15,776 nt of DNA from Elainellaceae cyanobacterium (lineage in GTDB: Bacteria; Cyanobacteriota; Cyanobacteriia; CAZCXK01). This document shows positions 15,745 through 15,776 of this stretch, in pieces (the stretch's first letter is position 1; the number at the start of each line of letters is the position of its first letter). The DNA is taken from positions 67,315 through 83,090 of the forward strand of contig JBNPEG010000016.1 in the NCBI GenBank assembly GCA_051117555.1, read 5' to 3'. The notes beneath the pieces are model-generated. The model was not told where the DNA came from. It saw nothing but the letters and a program-made list of their open reading frames with translations, and ran no database searches. A program made the translations under genes and the position numbers.

Positions 15745-15776
15745 CTGACAAAAGATTCTGCATTGGGCGAGGAAAC

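Overview
Cyanobacterial chromosomal DNA, judged from about 23 HIP1 octamers (GCGATCGC, counted by eye), a heptamer STRR-type repeat and the gene content. The left ~10.4 kb is ordinary core genome: an ArnT/GT39-family glycosyltransferase running off the left edge (missed by the ORF track), a conserved hypothetical membrane protein, ycf20, a plant-type glycerate kinase, eda, ftsH3, an orphan TpsB/ShlB transporter and a class-A beta-lactamase-like serine hydrolase. The right ~5.3 kb looks accessory and is all on the + strand. It has a strongly self-complementary intergenic leader (10481-10638), then a P-loop ATPase overlapping an NLR-like gene (unknown N-terminal domain + NB-ARC + five near-identical 126-bp TPR repeats with a few hypervariable codons). 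After a heptamer repeat comes a 159-aa hypothetical gene followed by an array of twelve 21-bp quasi-palindromic units of two alternating types (15481-15732). The gene + 21-bp array module and the ATPase/NLR pair are the best candidates for undescribed systems. All family assignments come from motif recognition; no database searches were run.
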